NCBI GenBank assembly: GCA_963675495.1
Contig: OY776215.1
Location: forward strand, 1,920,001-1,984,000
DNA: 64,000 bases
Direction of reading: 5' to 3'
DNA from: an uncultured Methanolobus sp.
GTDB taxonomy: Archaea > Halobacteriota > Methanosarcinia > Methanosarcinales > Methanosarcinaceae
The translations under genes and the position numbers were made by a program. Each line of letters starts with the position of its first letter. Position 1 is the first letter of the stretch. Positions 9,973 through 20,505 of this stretch are shown here, one piece after another. The notes below the pieces were generated by a model, which saw only the letters and a program-made list of their open reading frames with translations, did no database searches and was not told the DNA's origin.

Positions 9973-10087
9973 TACATATGTATAGACCTATATATATTTT
10001 GTCAATTTGCTTTGGTCCGTATTTTTATTTTAGAGTGTCTGCTGCAGTTCATTTTAATCTTTTAAAATAGTATATTTTACAATTTGG

Positions 10088-11392
10088 ATGCAAATAAAAA
10101 ATACTATATACTGTGGACATCTCTCTTTGTCTGACATGAAAAACTCTTTAAATGCAGGTGTTTCAAAACAGCAGTACATCCTTGGTGGAAATGGTGAAGA
10201 TGTTCTCCTTTATCTTGGGAGGTATCTTGCACGTGACAGGTCTTCAGGTTCCCATGTTTCTCTGGATGTGAACCATCCACATGCTATATTCATTGCAGGG
10301 AAAAGAGGGTATGGTAAATCGTACACCATGGCAGTTCTCATGGAAGAACTGATGATGCTTCCTGATGAGACTAAAGATAACGTCTCTTCTGTTGTCATTG
10401 ACACCATGGGAATTTTCTGGACACTTAGGAAGAGTAATGAGACACAAGAATCCACAGTTCATGAGTGGGATCTTGAAACAAAGGAATTTGACATTGATAT
10501 TTTCGTACCTGCAGGAAGCCTGAAAAGCTATGAAGATCGGCATATTGTAGCTCAACCGTTGTCCCTTCCGATCTCGCAAATGGACGGTCATGAGTGGTGC
10601 AAATTGTTTGGCATAGAAGCAGTTTCTGCACCTGGTGTTCTTACAATCAGAATTATTGATGATCTTAAAAAAAATCCAACTTTTTCCTTTGATGATATCA
10701 TCGACCTGGTAATGGAGGACGAACGTTCTGATTTAGTGACCAAAGGTGCTGTGGAAAACCATTTCAGAACTGCTATATCATGGGGTATATTCGCTGAGAA
10801 GGGAGAGGGAATTGAGGAAATGGTCAAGGGTGGCTCTACGTCTGTTATTGATGTAAGTACGATAAGAAGTGAAGCTGTAAGGTCTGCACTGGTCAGTTCC
10901 ATCGCCCGGAACATCTATCATCTAAGGCTTGATGCAAGGCGTTCTTATGAACGAATGATGATGGGCGATGAAAATGTTGAAAAGGGCATTCCCATGGTAT
11001 GGCTGTTCATCGATGAAGCCCAGCAGTTCTTGCCATCCCAGGGTAACACTCTTGCTTCTGATGTCCTGTTGAATGAATGGCTAAAGCAGGGACGTCAGCC
11101 CGGTCTGTCATTGGTGCTCGCAACCCAGCGACCTTCTTCCATCCATCCTGATGTGCTTTCACAGTCGGATATTGTTATATGTCATCGTCTTACATCCCAG
11201 GATGACATCAGTGTTCTCGAATCTGTCAGGCCAACCTACATGAAAGAAAACTTTGGTGATTCTATCATAAAAATGGGCTCCGAAAAAGGAGCAGCATTTG
11301 TTGTGGACGATAACACAGAAGCAGCTCATATAATCAGGATGAGGCCGCGTCTTAGCTGGCATGGTGGAGACGATCCGGCAATATTATCTTAA
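10088..11392 (+). CDS. HerA/FtsK-superfamily (DUF87-type) ATPase
   Basis: Walker A GKRGYGKS, Walker B LFIDEAQ, GRQPG arginine-finger region, ATQRPS. True start may be a downstream ATG. Confidence 0.85.
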   Translation: MQIKNTIYCGHLSLSDMKNSLNAGVSKQQYILGGNGEDVLLYLGRYLARDRSSGSHVSLDVNHPHAIFIAGKRGYGKSYTMAVLMEELMMLPDETKDNVSSVVIDTMGIFWTLRKSNETQESTVHEWDLETKEFDIDIFVPAGSLKSYEDRHIVAQPLSLPISQMDGHEWCKLFGIEAVSAPGVLTIRIIDDLKKNPTFSFDDIIDLVMEDERSDLVTKGAVENHFRTAISWGIFAEKGEGIEEMVKGGSTSVIDVSTIRSEAVRSALVSSIARNIYHLRLDARRSYERMMMGDENVEKGIPMVWLFIDEAQQFLPSQGNTLASDVLLNEWLKQGRQPGLSLVLATQRPSSIHPDVLSQSDIVICHRLTSQDDISVLESVRPTYMKENFGDSIIKMGSEKGAAFVVDDNTEAAHIIRMRPRLSWHGGDDPAILS

Positions 11393-11637
11393 TTCTGTTT
11401 TTTTCTGTTTCTGCACAAATGTGGCTGTATATCAGTGGAATAGTCAGGTAACTTATATATTATTATAAAAGGTTCTTTACGCAGAACCAAATATGTATAT
11501 GTAAATATAGAAGATCAACCACGGGAAATTGTTTGTGGTGAATAGTAATTGTTCCAAAAACCGGAATTATTTATTCTGTGGTATTCTGTTTTTCATTATC
11601 TTCTGTAAACTAAAATCCTATATTGATAAGTGATTCG

Positions 11638-12951
11638 ATGAAATCATACCAACGCAGGCAACAAAATATTGTAGATAGAATTGATTCTGAGGAACCCCTC
11701 ACAAAATGGAATGACTGGAAATGGCAATTGAGACATTCAGTCACTGATATTGATACGTTTGAAACGCTTCTTAACATCAAATTTGAGGCAGATGAAAGGG
11801 AAGCACTTGAGAAGACACTGGATACATTTCCGTTATCCATAACTCCTTACTACCTTTCACTCATCGAAGTAGAAGATTTCAGGAACGATCCTATCTTCAT
11901 GCAATCCTTCCCATCCCCTAATGAACTGATCCTTTCCTGCGATGACATGGAAGATCCGTTAAGTGAAGATCATGATAGCCCGGTACCGGGAATTACGCAC
12001 AGGTATCCTGACAGGGTGCTCTTCCACATAAGTAACGTGTGTTCTATGTATTGCAGGCACTGTACAAGAAAAAGAAAAGTGGGTGACGTGGATTCCATTC
12101 CTGTAAAAGATGAAGTTCTTCAGGGAATTGAATATATAGCCAGCCATCCGGAGGTAAGGGATGTCCTGCTCTCAGGCGGTGACCCTTTCATGCTTTCAGA
12201 CGAGTATCTTGACTGGATTCTCACAGAAATCCGGGCAATTCCACATGTAGAAGTGATAAGGATTGGCAGTCGAATGCCCGTTGTTCTTCCATTCCGCGTA
12301 ACTGACAATCTTGTGAATGTGTTGAAAAAACACCATCCTGTATGGGTGAACACTCATTTCAATCATCCTCGTGAAGTCACAGCTTCTTCAAGAGCAGCTC
12401 TGCGAAAACTTGCAGATGCAGGAATTCCACTGGGTAACCAGACTGTCCTGCTTGCAGGGGTGAATGATTGTTACAGGATACTGAAGAAACTCTTCCACAA
12501 GCTGGTAGAGAACAGGGTCAGGCCATATTATCTGTATCAGTGTGACCTCTCGGAGGGTTTGACACATTTCAGGACATCTGTTGGCAAGGGCATGGAAATA
12601 ATGGAAAATCTGATTGGCCACACCAGTGGGTTTGCAGTTCCGTCCTATGTGATAGATGCTCCCGGTGGCGGTGGCAAGATCCCGGTTATGCCAAATTATC
12701 TAATTTCATGGTCCACTAACAAGGTTATTTTGAGAAACTATGAGGGTGTGATCACTTCATATGCGGAACCGGATTCATACGAAGCTGTATATTGTGATCG
12801 AAAATGTGATGACTGCAAATTACAGTTAAAACTTGATGATGCAAAGGAATCAAAATCAGTGGGAATTGCAAGTCTGCTATCTGATTATGATGATGCATTG
12901 AGTCTGGTACCTGAAGATACCGCGCGCATGGAGAGAAGGAACGTTGCGTGA
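11638..12951 (+). CDS. ablA: Lysine 2,3-aminomutase (N-epsilon-acetyl-beta-lysine synthesis)
   Basis: WNDWKWQL, radical-SAM [36 protein letters not shown]; overlaps ablB. Start set at the ATG at 11638. Confidence 0.95.
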   Translation: MKSYQRRQQNIVDRIDSEEPLTKWNDWKWQLRHSVTDIDTFETLLNIKFEADEREALEKTLDTFPLSITPYYLSLIEVEDFRNDPIFMQSFPSPNELILSCDDMEDPLSEDHDSPVPGITHRYPDRVLFHISNVCSMYCRHCTRKRKVGDVDSIPVKDEVLQGIEYIASHPEVRDVLLSGGDPFMLSDEYLDWILTEIRAIPHVEVIRIGSRMPVVLPFRVTDNLVNVLKKHHPVWVNTHFNHPREVTASSRAALRKLADAGIPLGNQTVLLAGVNDCYRILKKLFHKLVENRVRPYYLYQCDLSEGLTHFRTSVGKGMEIMENLIGHTSGFAVPSYVIDAPGGGGKIPVMPNYLISWSTNKVILRNYEGVITSYAEPDSYEAVYCDRKCDDCKLQLKLDDAKESKSVGIASLLSDYDDALSLVPEDTARMERRNVA

Positions 12952-13777
12952 TCATATCGAAAAGATCGCAGGTTCCCTGATACAACATGGTCCATTCAAT
13001 GACCGTGTGTATCTCATGAAGCTTGCGACAGATGACTTTGAGAATTTGCCATCTGTCATTGAAGATATTGCACAGGAAAACAATTATTCGAAGATATTTT
13101 CCAAGATTCCTGTGTCTGCAAAGGAATACTTTCTAAGCAGGGGTCACATCGAAGAGGCTCACATACCCGGATTCTTCAACGGAGATGAAGATGCAAGTTT
13201 CATGGCAAAGTACCTTTCTCCGGTGCGTATGCAGGAACCAAATTCTCAGGAGAATAGTTCCGTTCTTAAGGCTGCTATCTCAAAGTTCAATGTTTCCAAA
13301 GATGTGAAACTTTCAGATGATGAACAATTCATTGTTTGCAGTGAAACAGACACTTCGGAGATGGCCGACCTGTACAGACAGGTCTTCCCAAGTTATCCTT
13401 TTCCCATAAGTGATGTCACTTATTTACTTAGGACAATGTCTGAAGATTCTGTTTATTTCGGAATACGGAGAAACGGTAAACTTGTTGCTGTATCGTCCTG
13501 TGAGATGGATATTGCCAACAGCAATGTTGAGATGACCGATTTTGCCACAGTTCCTGAATCACGGGGAAAGGGCTATTCCTATTATCTGCTGGATGAAATG
13601 GAAAATAATATGCGTGAGATCGGGATCAAGACTGCATACACCATTGCAAGGGCCAGGTCATACGGTATGAATACGGTTTTTTCGCGTCATTCCTACATCT
13701 ATGCAGGAACTCTTGTAAACAACACCAATATTTCCGGGGGTATAGAAAGTATGAATATATGGTACAAAAAGCTTTGA
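12944..13777 (+). CDS. ablB: Beta-lysine N-acetyltransferase
   Basis: [55 protein letters not shown]; follows ablA. Confidence 0.93.
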   Translation: MRDHIEKIAGSLIQHGPFNDRVYLMKLATDDFENLPSVIEDIAQENNYSKIFSKIPVSAKEYFLSRGHIEEAHIPGFFNGDEDASFMAKYLSPVRMQEPNSQENSSVLKAAISKFNVSKDVKLSDDEQFIVCSETDTSEMADLYRQVFPSYPFPISDVTYLLRTMSEDSVYFGIRRNGKLVAVSSCEMDIANSNVEMTDFATVPESRGKGYSYYLLDEMENNMREIGIKTAYTIARARSYGMNTVFSRHSYIYAGTLVNNTNISGGIESMNIWYKKL

Positions 13778-14221
13778 TCAGACGTAATAGATGCTGTCCT
13801 TGATACTTTTGGTTATGATCTCTACACTGTAATTCTGTACTGGTATCTCGTAAAGAAGATGATTGTTTATGAAGCTGGATAATTCTTCTTCATTATTGAA
13901 AAGACCGAATGCCTTGATGGAATATTGACCGGTTGTCTGGTATATTTTGATGAATTCATCGATTTGCATAAGTTTCTTTATGCTTTCCTTTGTTTTTTTA
14001 GGCTCCATCTCCAGGTTGAATATCACAAAGGTATGTTTGCCAAATTTTTTGGGATTCAATAACACGGTATAATTTTTGATGAATCCTTCATCCTCCAGCT
14101 TTTCAAGTCTATATCTGACTCCGTTCTCGCTGAGACCAACTTCTTTGGCTATCTCTGATATTGGCGTCCTTGCTCCATTTTGCAGCATGGTAAGTATAAC
14201 TTGATCCTTCTTGCTGACCAT
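13778..14221 (-). CDS. Lrp/AsnC family transcriptional regulator
   Basis: LQNGARTPISEIAKEVGLS..V.YRL.KLE..G.I HTH; TTGQY in the RAM domain. Confidence 0.9.
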   Translation of the reverse strand: MVSKKDQVILTMLQNGARTPISEIAKEVGLSENGVRYRLEKLEDEGFIKNYTVLLNPKKFGKHTFVIFNLEMEPKKTKESIKKLMQIDEFIKIYQTTGQYSIKAFGLFNNEEELSSFINNHLLYEIPVQNYSVEIITKSIKDSIYYV

Positions 14222-14412
14222 CTGCTTAAACTTGGGTTTATTATTACTAATGATTTTTCATTATGGTATGCTCTTGCATCAGTTATCGTTTACTTTGAGT
14301 AATGTTTATAGCCCCTTCGATCCGCCAGTAGTATTATTTAGTATAATGATATCTAATGTATAGTTTCAATTTTAGTATTGATAATCATTAATAATCTTAA
14401 TCAGGTGGAAAT

Positions 14413-14892
14413 ATGAACGGAAGAGTCTGGAAATTCGGAGATGATGTTGATACGGATGCTGTGATTCCGGGAAGGTATCTTATCATGAATACTCCGAAAG
14501 AGCTTGCTGCGCATGCTTTTGAAGGTGTAAGGCCTGAATTCCCAAAAGAGGTCAAAGAAGGTGACATTATTGTTGCCGGTAACAATTTTGGTTGCGGTTC
14601 TTCAAGAGAACATGCTCCAATTGCACTGAAAGGGACAAAGATAAGCTGTGTGATCGCTAAATCATTCGCACGTATCTTTTTCAGGAACTCAATTAATATC
14701 GGTGTGGCACTTCTAGAATGCCCTGACACTGACAAAATAGACGATGGCGATGAACTGGATGTTGATTTTGCTTCCGGTACGATCAAAAACATCACAAAGA
14801 ACGAACAGTATCATGCAACACCTTTGCCGGAATTCGTAAGGGGTATTATGGATGCTGGCGGTCTGATCGAATACACAAGACAAATAATTTGA
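14413..14892 (+). CDS. leuD: 3-isopropylmalate dehydratase small subunit (LeuD/DmdB type)
   Basis: GDDVDTDAVIPGRYL, NFGCGSSREHAP, SFARIFFRNSIN. Confidence 0.9.
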   Translation: MNGRVWKFGDDVDTDAVIPGRYLIMNTPKELAAHAFEGVRPEFPKEVKEGDIIVAGNNFGCGSSREHAPIALKGTKISCVIAKSFARIFFRNSINIGVALLECPDTDKIDDGDELDVDFASGTIKNITKNEQYHATPLPEFVRGIMDAGGLIEYTRQII

Positions 14893-14949
14893 TCATAGTC
14901 TGATCATTATCTTTGTTATTATCAAGAAAATCTTATCTTAGGAGTAATC

Positions 14950-16077
14950 ATGACACAGTATAAAGTACCTGTAATTCCAGGAGACGGTATAGGACCTGAG
15001 ATCATTGCAGAAGGCCGAAAGGTAATCGATGCTGCAGGTGAAAAATTTGGATTTGATGTTGACTGGGTAGAATTCCCACACGGTGCAGATCACTATCTCG
15101 AAACAGGTGAGCTAATATCCGAAGATTCACTAAAAGAACTTTCAGGCTACGAGGCCATCTATCTTGGTTCCATTGGTGACGACAGAATAGCACCAGGTGT
15201 GCTTGAAAAAGGTATCTTGCTTGCAGCAAGGTTTTATTTTGATCAATACATCAACCTGCGTCCAATTAAACTTCTTGAAGGTGTCTGGACTCCTATCAAG
15301 GACAAAACCCCTGCAGATATTGACTTCACAGTTGTCAGGGAAAATACCGAGGACTTCTACATTGGTATAGGCGGACGTGCAAAGAAAGGTGAAAGCAAGG
15401 AACTTCTGGAAGTTTCAAGATCTCTTTACTCTGCAAAGTTCGGTCTTGATATTGAGACTGACAGTGAGGAGATTGGCTACCAGATCGGTATGATCTCAAA
15501 AGAAGGCACACAAAGAGTCATCAGATATGCATTCGATCTTGCTGAGAAGAGTAAGAAGCATGTATCATCTGTAGACAAGGCAAATGTACTTTCCGACATC
15601 TACGGTTTCTGGAGAGAAGAATTTAATAATGTTGCATCCGAGCACCCTGAAGTTACTACAGACTTCAACTATGTTGATGCAATGACCATGTGGTTCGTGA
15701 AGAATCCTGAATGGTTCGATGTTGTTGTAACACCAAACATGTTCGGTGATATCATCACTGACCTTGGTGCAATGGTTCAGGGAGGACTTGGACTTGCACC
15801 TGGTGGAAACATTAACCCTGAAGGTACCAGTATGTTCGAGCCGATCCATGGTTCTGCACCAAAGTATAAGGGAATGAACAAGGTCAACCCAATAGCTACT
15901 ATATGGGCAGGTGCCATGATGATCGAGCAACTCGGTGAGAAGGAAGCTGCAGATTCCATTGTTTCTGCAATCGAGACTAACATACTTGATGCAAAGGTCC
16001 GCACCTATGATATGGGCGGTTCTGATGGTACTTCAGATGTTGGTGACGACATCGCAAGAATAGTTCTTGGAAAGTAA
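14950..16077 (+). CDS. leuB: 3-isopropylmalate dehydrogenase (isocitrate/IPM dehydrogenase family)
   Basis: [41 protein letters not shown]; adjacent to leuD. Confidence 0.88.
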   Translation: MTQYKVPVIPGDGIGPEIIAEGRKVIDAAGEKFGFDVDWVEFPHGADHYLETGELISEDSLKELSGYEAIYLGSIGDDRIAPGVLEKGILLAARFYFDQYINLRPIKLLEGVWTPIKDKTPADIDFTVVRENTEDFYIGIGGRAKKGESKELLEVSRSLYSAKFGLDIETDSEEIGYQIGMISKEGTQRVIRYAFDLAEKSKKHVSSVDKANVLSDIYGFWREEFNNVASEHPEVTTDFNYVDAMTMWFVKNPEWFDVVVTPNMFGDIITDLGAMVQGGLGLAPGGNINPEGTSMFEPIHGSAPKYKGMNKVNPIATIWAGAMMIEQLGEKEAADSIVSAIETNILDAKVRTYDMGGSDGTSDVGDDIARIVLGK

Positions 16078-16087
16078 ATTCTTATTT

Positions 16088-16112
16088 TGCATCCATTTAG
16101 GATGCATTTTCT
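16088..16112 (+). terminator. Hairpin plus T-tract after leuB
   Basis: TGCATCC-ATTTA-GGATGCA followed by TTTT. Confidence 0.5.
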
Positions 16113-16458
16113 TATATTTTCTGTTTTACAATTCATATGGATATTTTTCTGTTTTTGATATTATCCTAGAAAATCCAAAAATATGCCAATAGTGTTTTTT
16201 CTATATTCGGTGAAGGTTTTGGCGGAATTTACAGCAAATTCGAAAGCAACAATTTTGTGATTCGTTCATTTTGAGGCCGATTGATGTCTATTTTTTATTC
16301 GTTATATCTCATTATAATAATGGTAATTATACCATCTGCAATAGATATATTTATATATTTGTATTTGTACCATTTAAGTATAAACGCACTATTTGCTAGG
16401 CTTTTAGAATTAGATAAGTTAACAATAATGACCTTCATTCAAAGGAGTGTGGCCTTTT

Positions 16459-16767
16459 ATGGCAAAAACAATTGAAGAACTGGAAAATGACCTTGATGTC
16501 ATGAACGAGATGTTTCGTAAATATGTAAAGATCTCTTTAAATTATCAAACACAGATAGACAATGCTGAAATTCCTGAAGATCAGCGTAAAGCTCTGATGG
16601 ATAAACTTGCAGTTGAAAATGCGAAGGTTCAAAAAGCAAAAGAGCAAATGAAAAAGTTCGAGCAGACTCTTGAATCTCTCAAAACGTCCAATCAGAAACT
16701 AAAAGAGGTTGCTTCCTGTCAGGAAACACCTAGGGAATCATCGGATTATCTTGTGGCTTATATGTAA
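16459..16767 (+). CDS. Hypothetical coiled-coil protein
   Basis: RBS AAGGAG upstream; K/E/L-rich heptad-like sequence. Confidence 0.7.
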   Translation: MAKTIEELENDLDVMNEMFRKYVKISLNYQTQIDNAEIPEDQRKALMDKLAVENAKVQKAKEQMKKFEQTLESLKTSNQKLKEVASCQETPRESSDYLVAYM

Positions 16768-16796
16768 AAAGCCACAAATTGTATTTTCAGTAAAAT

Positions 16797-17501
16797 TTAA
16801 CCAATTATTCTGGTTCCAAGATAAATTTCTTTTTTATCTTTGTTATTCTCGTTTTCCTGCACAATGACTTTCAGGACATTCTGTGGGTCGCTGCCTTCCA
16901 TTACTATGGTTTCAATTTTGCAACGTTCTATTATTTTTGCAGCCAGTGGGTCAACAGGTGATTTGGACCCTGCTTTCATTTCAGTGGTCATCACTGTGTT
17001 CACGAGTTGGTTTGCCGTCATTGTGTCATATTTGATTGCCTGTGGGTCCTTACGTGGGTCTGCAGAATATACACCGTCAACAGCCGTGGATATGACCAAC
17101 ATGTCCGCTCTGAGATATTCAGTGAGTATTGCAGCTACTGCATCGGTTGTTTGTCCGGGGATAACTCCTCCCATGACAATTATCTTTCCAGAAGACAGTA
17201 CTTCCTGAGCCTGTTTGTAGTCCTTAGGGGGTTCGGGATAGGCGGCATCTCCAAGTGCAGATATCAAAAGTTTTGCGTTCAAGCGGGTTATGTCTATGCC
17301 TATGTAGTCACATTCAACCTCATTTGCACCTGTACTGCGGGCCACATTGATGTAATCTCTTGCAGCTGCGCCACCTCCGGTTACTACCACTATCTCATGC
17401 TCTTTTGCAAGCTCTTTAAGCGTATTAGCATATCCGAGAAAGCTATCCGGGCTAAGTTCTTTTGCCAGTATCGATCCACCGACTGATAATATAATTAACA
17501 T
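16797..17501 (-). CDS. pyrH: UMP kinase
   Basis: SVGGS, VVTGGG..AR.YI, D.IGI..TRLNA, PGQTTDAVAA, VDGVYSADP. Confidence 0.95.
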   Translation of the reverse strand: MLIILSVGGSILAKELSPDSFLGYANTLKELAKEHEIVVVTGGGAAARDYINVARSTGANEVECDYIGIDITRLNAKLLISALGDAAYPEPPKDYKQAQEVLSSGKIIVMGGVIPGQTTDAVAAILTEYLRADMLVISTAVDGVYSADPRKDPQAIKYDTMTANQLVNTVMTTEMKAGSKSPVDPLAAKIIERCKIETIVMEGSDPQNVLKVIVQENENNKDKKEIYLGTRIIG

Positions 17502-17509
17502 GATAATCT

Positions 17510-18244
17510 CTAGTCTTTCTGTTTTGATTTTAAAAGTAACGCTATGGATAAGATTGCAATAGCTCCCATAATTGAAGAAAAGCCGGGGACAAGTGTCGAA
17601 AGTGATAATGGTGACTTGTTCAGGGTCATACTTTCACTATGAAGCGCATTGCCGTTGTAAAGTCCAAATACTTTAATATCGTCTCCTATTCCGAGGTCAG
17701 TAGATCCATAATAATAAATTTTCAAGGCGTTATCTTCTTTGTCCACAATGTTTACGATATGTCTTCCCATACTCATTTCACGACTTGATACATTCCCCAC
17801 AACGGTCATGTATCGTCCGTTATGGGCAGCTGGTTCAATGGAAATGCTACTGATATTAACAAGTCCCATATCCTCAATTGGATAATGGAGGACATATGTT
17901 GGTATTAAAGTGCTTTCTGCTATTGGTTTATATATGTATTCCCCGGTGATCATGGTTTGATCACTCACATTGAACCCACCAAAAAGTTCTATTTTTGATA
18001 TGTCGATTTTCAGTGACTCCGAGCCATCAGTAAGGGTTGCAGATTGCTTGCTCAATTCTGAAATATTTCCTATGACGCTTATCTTGCGATAAGCCATCGT
18101 ACTATCATAGGCAGTAGGGTCTTCTTTTATTGCAGAAATGGGAACCATTTCCAGTTCGAACATGGATGCATATGCGTTTGTGACAGTACAACTGAGTAAC
18201 AGTATTGCCATGAATATCGTTCTTATCATACTGCCAGTTAGCAT
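17510..18244 (-). CDS. Secreted tandem OB-fold-like protein with PGF-CTERM-like tail
   Basis: Signal peptide, two similar beta-rich halves, C-terminal VPGF + TM + basic residues; ends in TAG. Confidence 0.7.
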   Translation of the reverse strand: MLTGSMIRTIFMAILLLSCTVTNAYASMFELEMVPISAIKEDPTAYDSTMAYRKISVIGNISELSKQSATLTDGSESLKIDISKIELFGGFNVSDQTMITGEYIYKPIAESTLIPTYVLHYPIEDMGLVNISSISIEPAAHNGRYMTVVGNVSSREMSMGRHIVNIVDKEDNALKIYYYGSTDLGIGDDIKVFGLYNGNALHSESMTLNKSPLSLSTLVPGFSSIMGAIAILSIALLLKSKQKD

Positions 18245-18256
18245 TATATCGCCTGT

Positions 18257-19288
18257 TTAAAGTTTTCCCAGTTTGTGAAGTAATTCGGCATTGAGCACGC
18301 TGGCTCCGGCTGCTCCACGAACGGTGTTATGTCCCATTACGGTGTAGCGTATGCCTTCTCTTATGCGGCCTACTGAGATTCCCATTCCATTGCCCATATT
18401 TCTGTCAAGGCGTGGCTGTGGCCTGTCCGGTTCATCTCTTACGGTAATGACTGGATTAGGTTCAGTTGGGAGGTCTCCAAGCCCGGGATTGAAATTGATG
18501 AATGCTTCCTTTACCTGCTCTGGAGTTGGGTTCTGTGTCATCTTTGCCCATATGTTCTCGGTGTGTCCATCCATCACAGGTACTCTGTTACAGGAGGCAC
18601 TTACCTTGATGTCCGCATCTATTATTTCTGCACCGTCAAATTCTCCGAGGAGTTTAAGTGGTTCGGTTTCCACTTTTTCTTCTTCACCGCCAATGTATGG
18701 AACAACGTTATCAAGTATTGCCATTGAAGCGATTCCATCATACCCTGCACCGGATATTGCCTGCATGGTGGCAACCGTGACGGATTCAAGCCCGAAATGC
18801 ATAAGTGGTTTGAGTGTTGGGACCATGACAATTGTAGAACAGTTTGGATTTGTTACAATGTAACCATCCCATCCGCGTTTATCCTGCTGTACATCAATGA
18901 GTCCAAGGTGATCTGCATTGACTTCCGGAATAACAAGAGGAACGTCCTTTTCCATCCTGTATGCAGATGCATTACTTGCAACAGCAAATCCTTCCTTTGC
19001 AAACTCAGCCTCAACTGTTTCTGCATAGTTGGATGGCAACGCTGAGAATACGACATCAGCATCAACCTTTTTTGGGTCTACTGGCACAACTTGCATGTCC
19101 TTGACAGAATCTGGAAGTTTGTTTTCGAGTCTCCAGTTTGCTGCTTTCTCGTATGTCTTGCCCGCGCTTCTTTCTGATGCTGCAAGTGCTGTTATTTCGA
19201 ACCAAGGGTGGTTTTCAAGTGCCTGGATGAATCTCTGACCGACAGCACCTGTTGCCCCCAAAATACCTGCTTTGATTACTTCTGGCAT
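18257..19288 (-). CDS. asd: Aspartate-semialdehyde dehydrogenase
   Basis: [41 protein letters not shown]. Confidence 0.97.
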   Translation of the reverse strand: MPEVIKAGILGATGAVGQRFIQALENHPWFEITALAASERSAGKTYEKAANWRLENKLPDSVKDMQVVPVDPKKVDADVVFSALPSNYAETVEAEFAKEGFAVASNASAYRMEKDVPLVIPEVNADHLGLIDVQQDKRGWDGYIVTNPNCSTIVMVPTLKPLMHFGLESVTVATMQAISGAGYDGIASMAILDNVVPYIGGEEEKVETEPLKLLGEFDGAEIIDADIKVSASCNRVPVMDGHTENIWAKMTQNPTPEQVKEAFINFNPGLGDLPTEPNPVITVRDEPDRPQPRLDRNMGNGMGISVGRIREGIRYTVMGHNTVRGAAGASVLNAELLHKLGKL

Positions 19289-19349
19289 GAGTCTCCCTCT
19301 GGGATAAAAAAGAATAAAAAAGTAAAGAATATGGAATAAAATATCAGTT

Positions 19350-19526
19350 TTATTCCATTGCTATTGCGTCTGTTGGGCACACGTCAACACATGCACCGCA
19401 GTCCAGACATTCGCCTGCATCAACTATTGCAATGTTTTCACCGTTAAGTGTAATTGCCTCTGCTGGGCATTCGTCTATACATGTTCCACAACCTACACAT
19501 TCATCTGCAGTAATAATTGCTACCAT
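19350..19526 (-). CDS. 2[4Fe-4S] ferredoxin (58 aa), not in ORF track
   Basis: Translated by hand: [58 protein letters not shown]. Two CxxCxxCxxxCP motifs; RBS AAGGAG upstream. Confidence 0.95.
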   Translation of the reverse strand: MVAIITADECVGCGTCIDECPAEAITLNGENIAIVDAGECLDCGACVDVCPTDAIAME

Positions 19527-19799
19527 TTGTTTTACGCTCCTTTACATTGCATAGCAATGCGCTTTCGTTTTTATATACTCCTACTATATAATAGTAGGCT
19601 TCTACACACTATCATAACACAAGTGGGATAAAAAGCTATCGTTATCAGTCTGAAATCAAGGAGCTTGTGCTCTTATTGTTTTATTTGACCTTTCTTCGAT
19701 ATGTCAGTTAAAGACTGCGTTTTTAATTGGAATTGTATTATACTGACGATGAATATATTAGAGCAATTAAGATTAATTTATATAGTTAATATTAAAATT

Positions 19800-20453
19800 A
19801 TGCTCATGCAAAAACAAGTTTTGAATATCAGGTGGGACACAGGAGCTGTATCGCCGATAATAGGGGTTATACTGATGGTCTTTCTAACAATACTATTGGC
19901 AGGCATCACAGTTTCTTCAGTGTATGGTGGGGGTGCTGTATCATCTTTAAGTAAAGCTCCCATGGCTTTAATTGAGGTGGAATATGTGGAGGGCGGTGTT
20001 CAAAATTATCCTACTTATGTACAATACAAAGAAAATTTCCTATATATGGAACACATGGGTGGTGATTCTTTGGAGACTGCTTCCACTATGATATTAATAT
20101 CTGGTGAGGGGAGCAGTTATGAGGGTGTTGTCCCACATGGGACTCGACACTATGGTGAAGTTTTCATTAATTATGATTCTCTTATGTTTGAAGGAAAGAA
20201 ATCCGTATATGCTTCAAGGAATCCGGATATTTCAGATGGTGTTTGGTCTGCAGGTGAAAAATTGATTCTCAACGGTGACGATGCTATCAATGGCAGTGCA
20301 TCTTCTACAGTATCTGTGAGCATAAACGGGATAACAAATACTGCAAATCACTATGGTTTGAAGGAGGATAGTATTGTTACTATCAAGATATTCGACAGTG
20401 AGTCCAAGTGTATCATCTCAGAATTTGAATGTGTGGTCACTCCGGTAGATTGA
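19800..20453 (+). CDS. Archaeal type IV pilin (class III signal peptide, DUF1628-like)
   Basis: DTGAVSPIIGVILMVFLTILLAG, H.GGD.L and WSAGE motifs. Start set at the ATG at 19800. Confidence 0.85.
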   Translation: MLMQKQVLNIRWDTGAVSPIIGVILMVFLTILLAGITVSSVYGGGAVSSLSKAPMALIEVEYVEGGVQNYPTYVQYKENFLYMEHMGGDSLETASTMILISGEGSSYEGVVPHGTRHYGEVFINYDSLMFEGKKSVYASRNPDISDGVWSAGEKLILNGDDAINGSASSTVSVSINGITNTANHYGLKEDSIVTIKIFDSESKCIISEFECVVTPVD

Positions 20454-20505
20454 TGCTCTATAGTATCAAAACCGTTTAAGTAATGTGAGGTCATAGGGGT
20501 AGTCG

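Noticed and set aside
11638-12951. Lysine mutase as pyrrolysine biosynthesis PylB or EF-P modifier EpmB
   Set aside because: KamA-type motifs and overlap with the beta-lysine acetyltransferase identify the known ablAB osmolyte operon.
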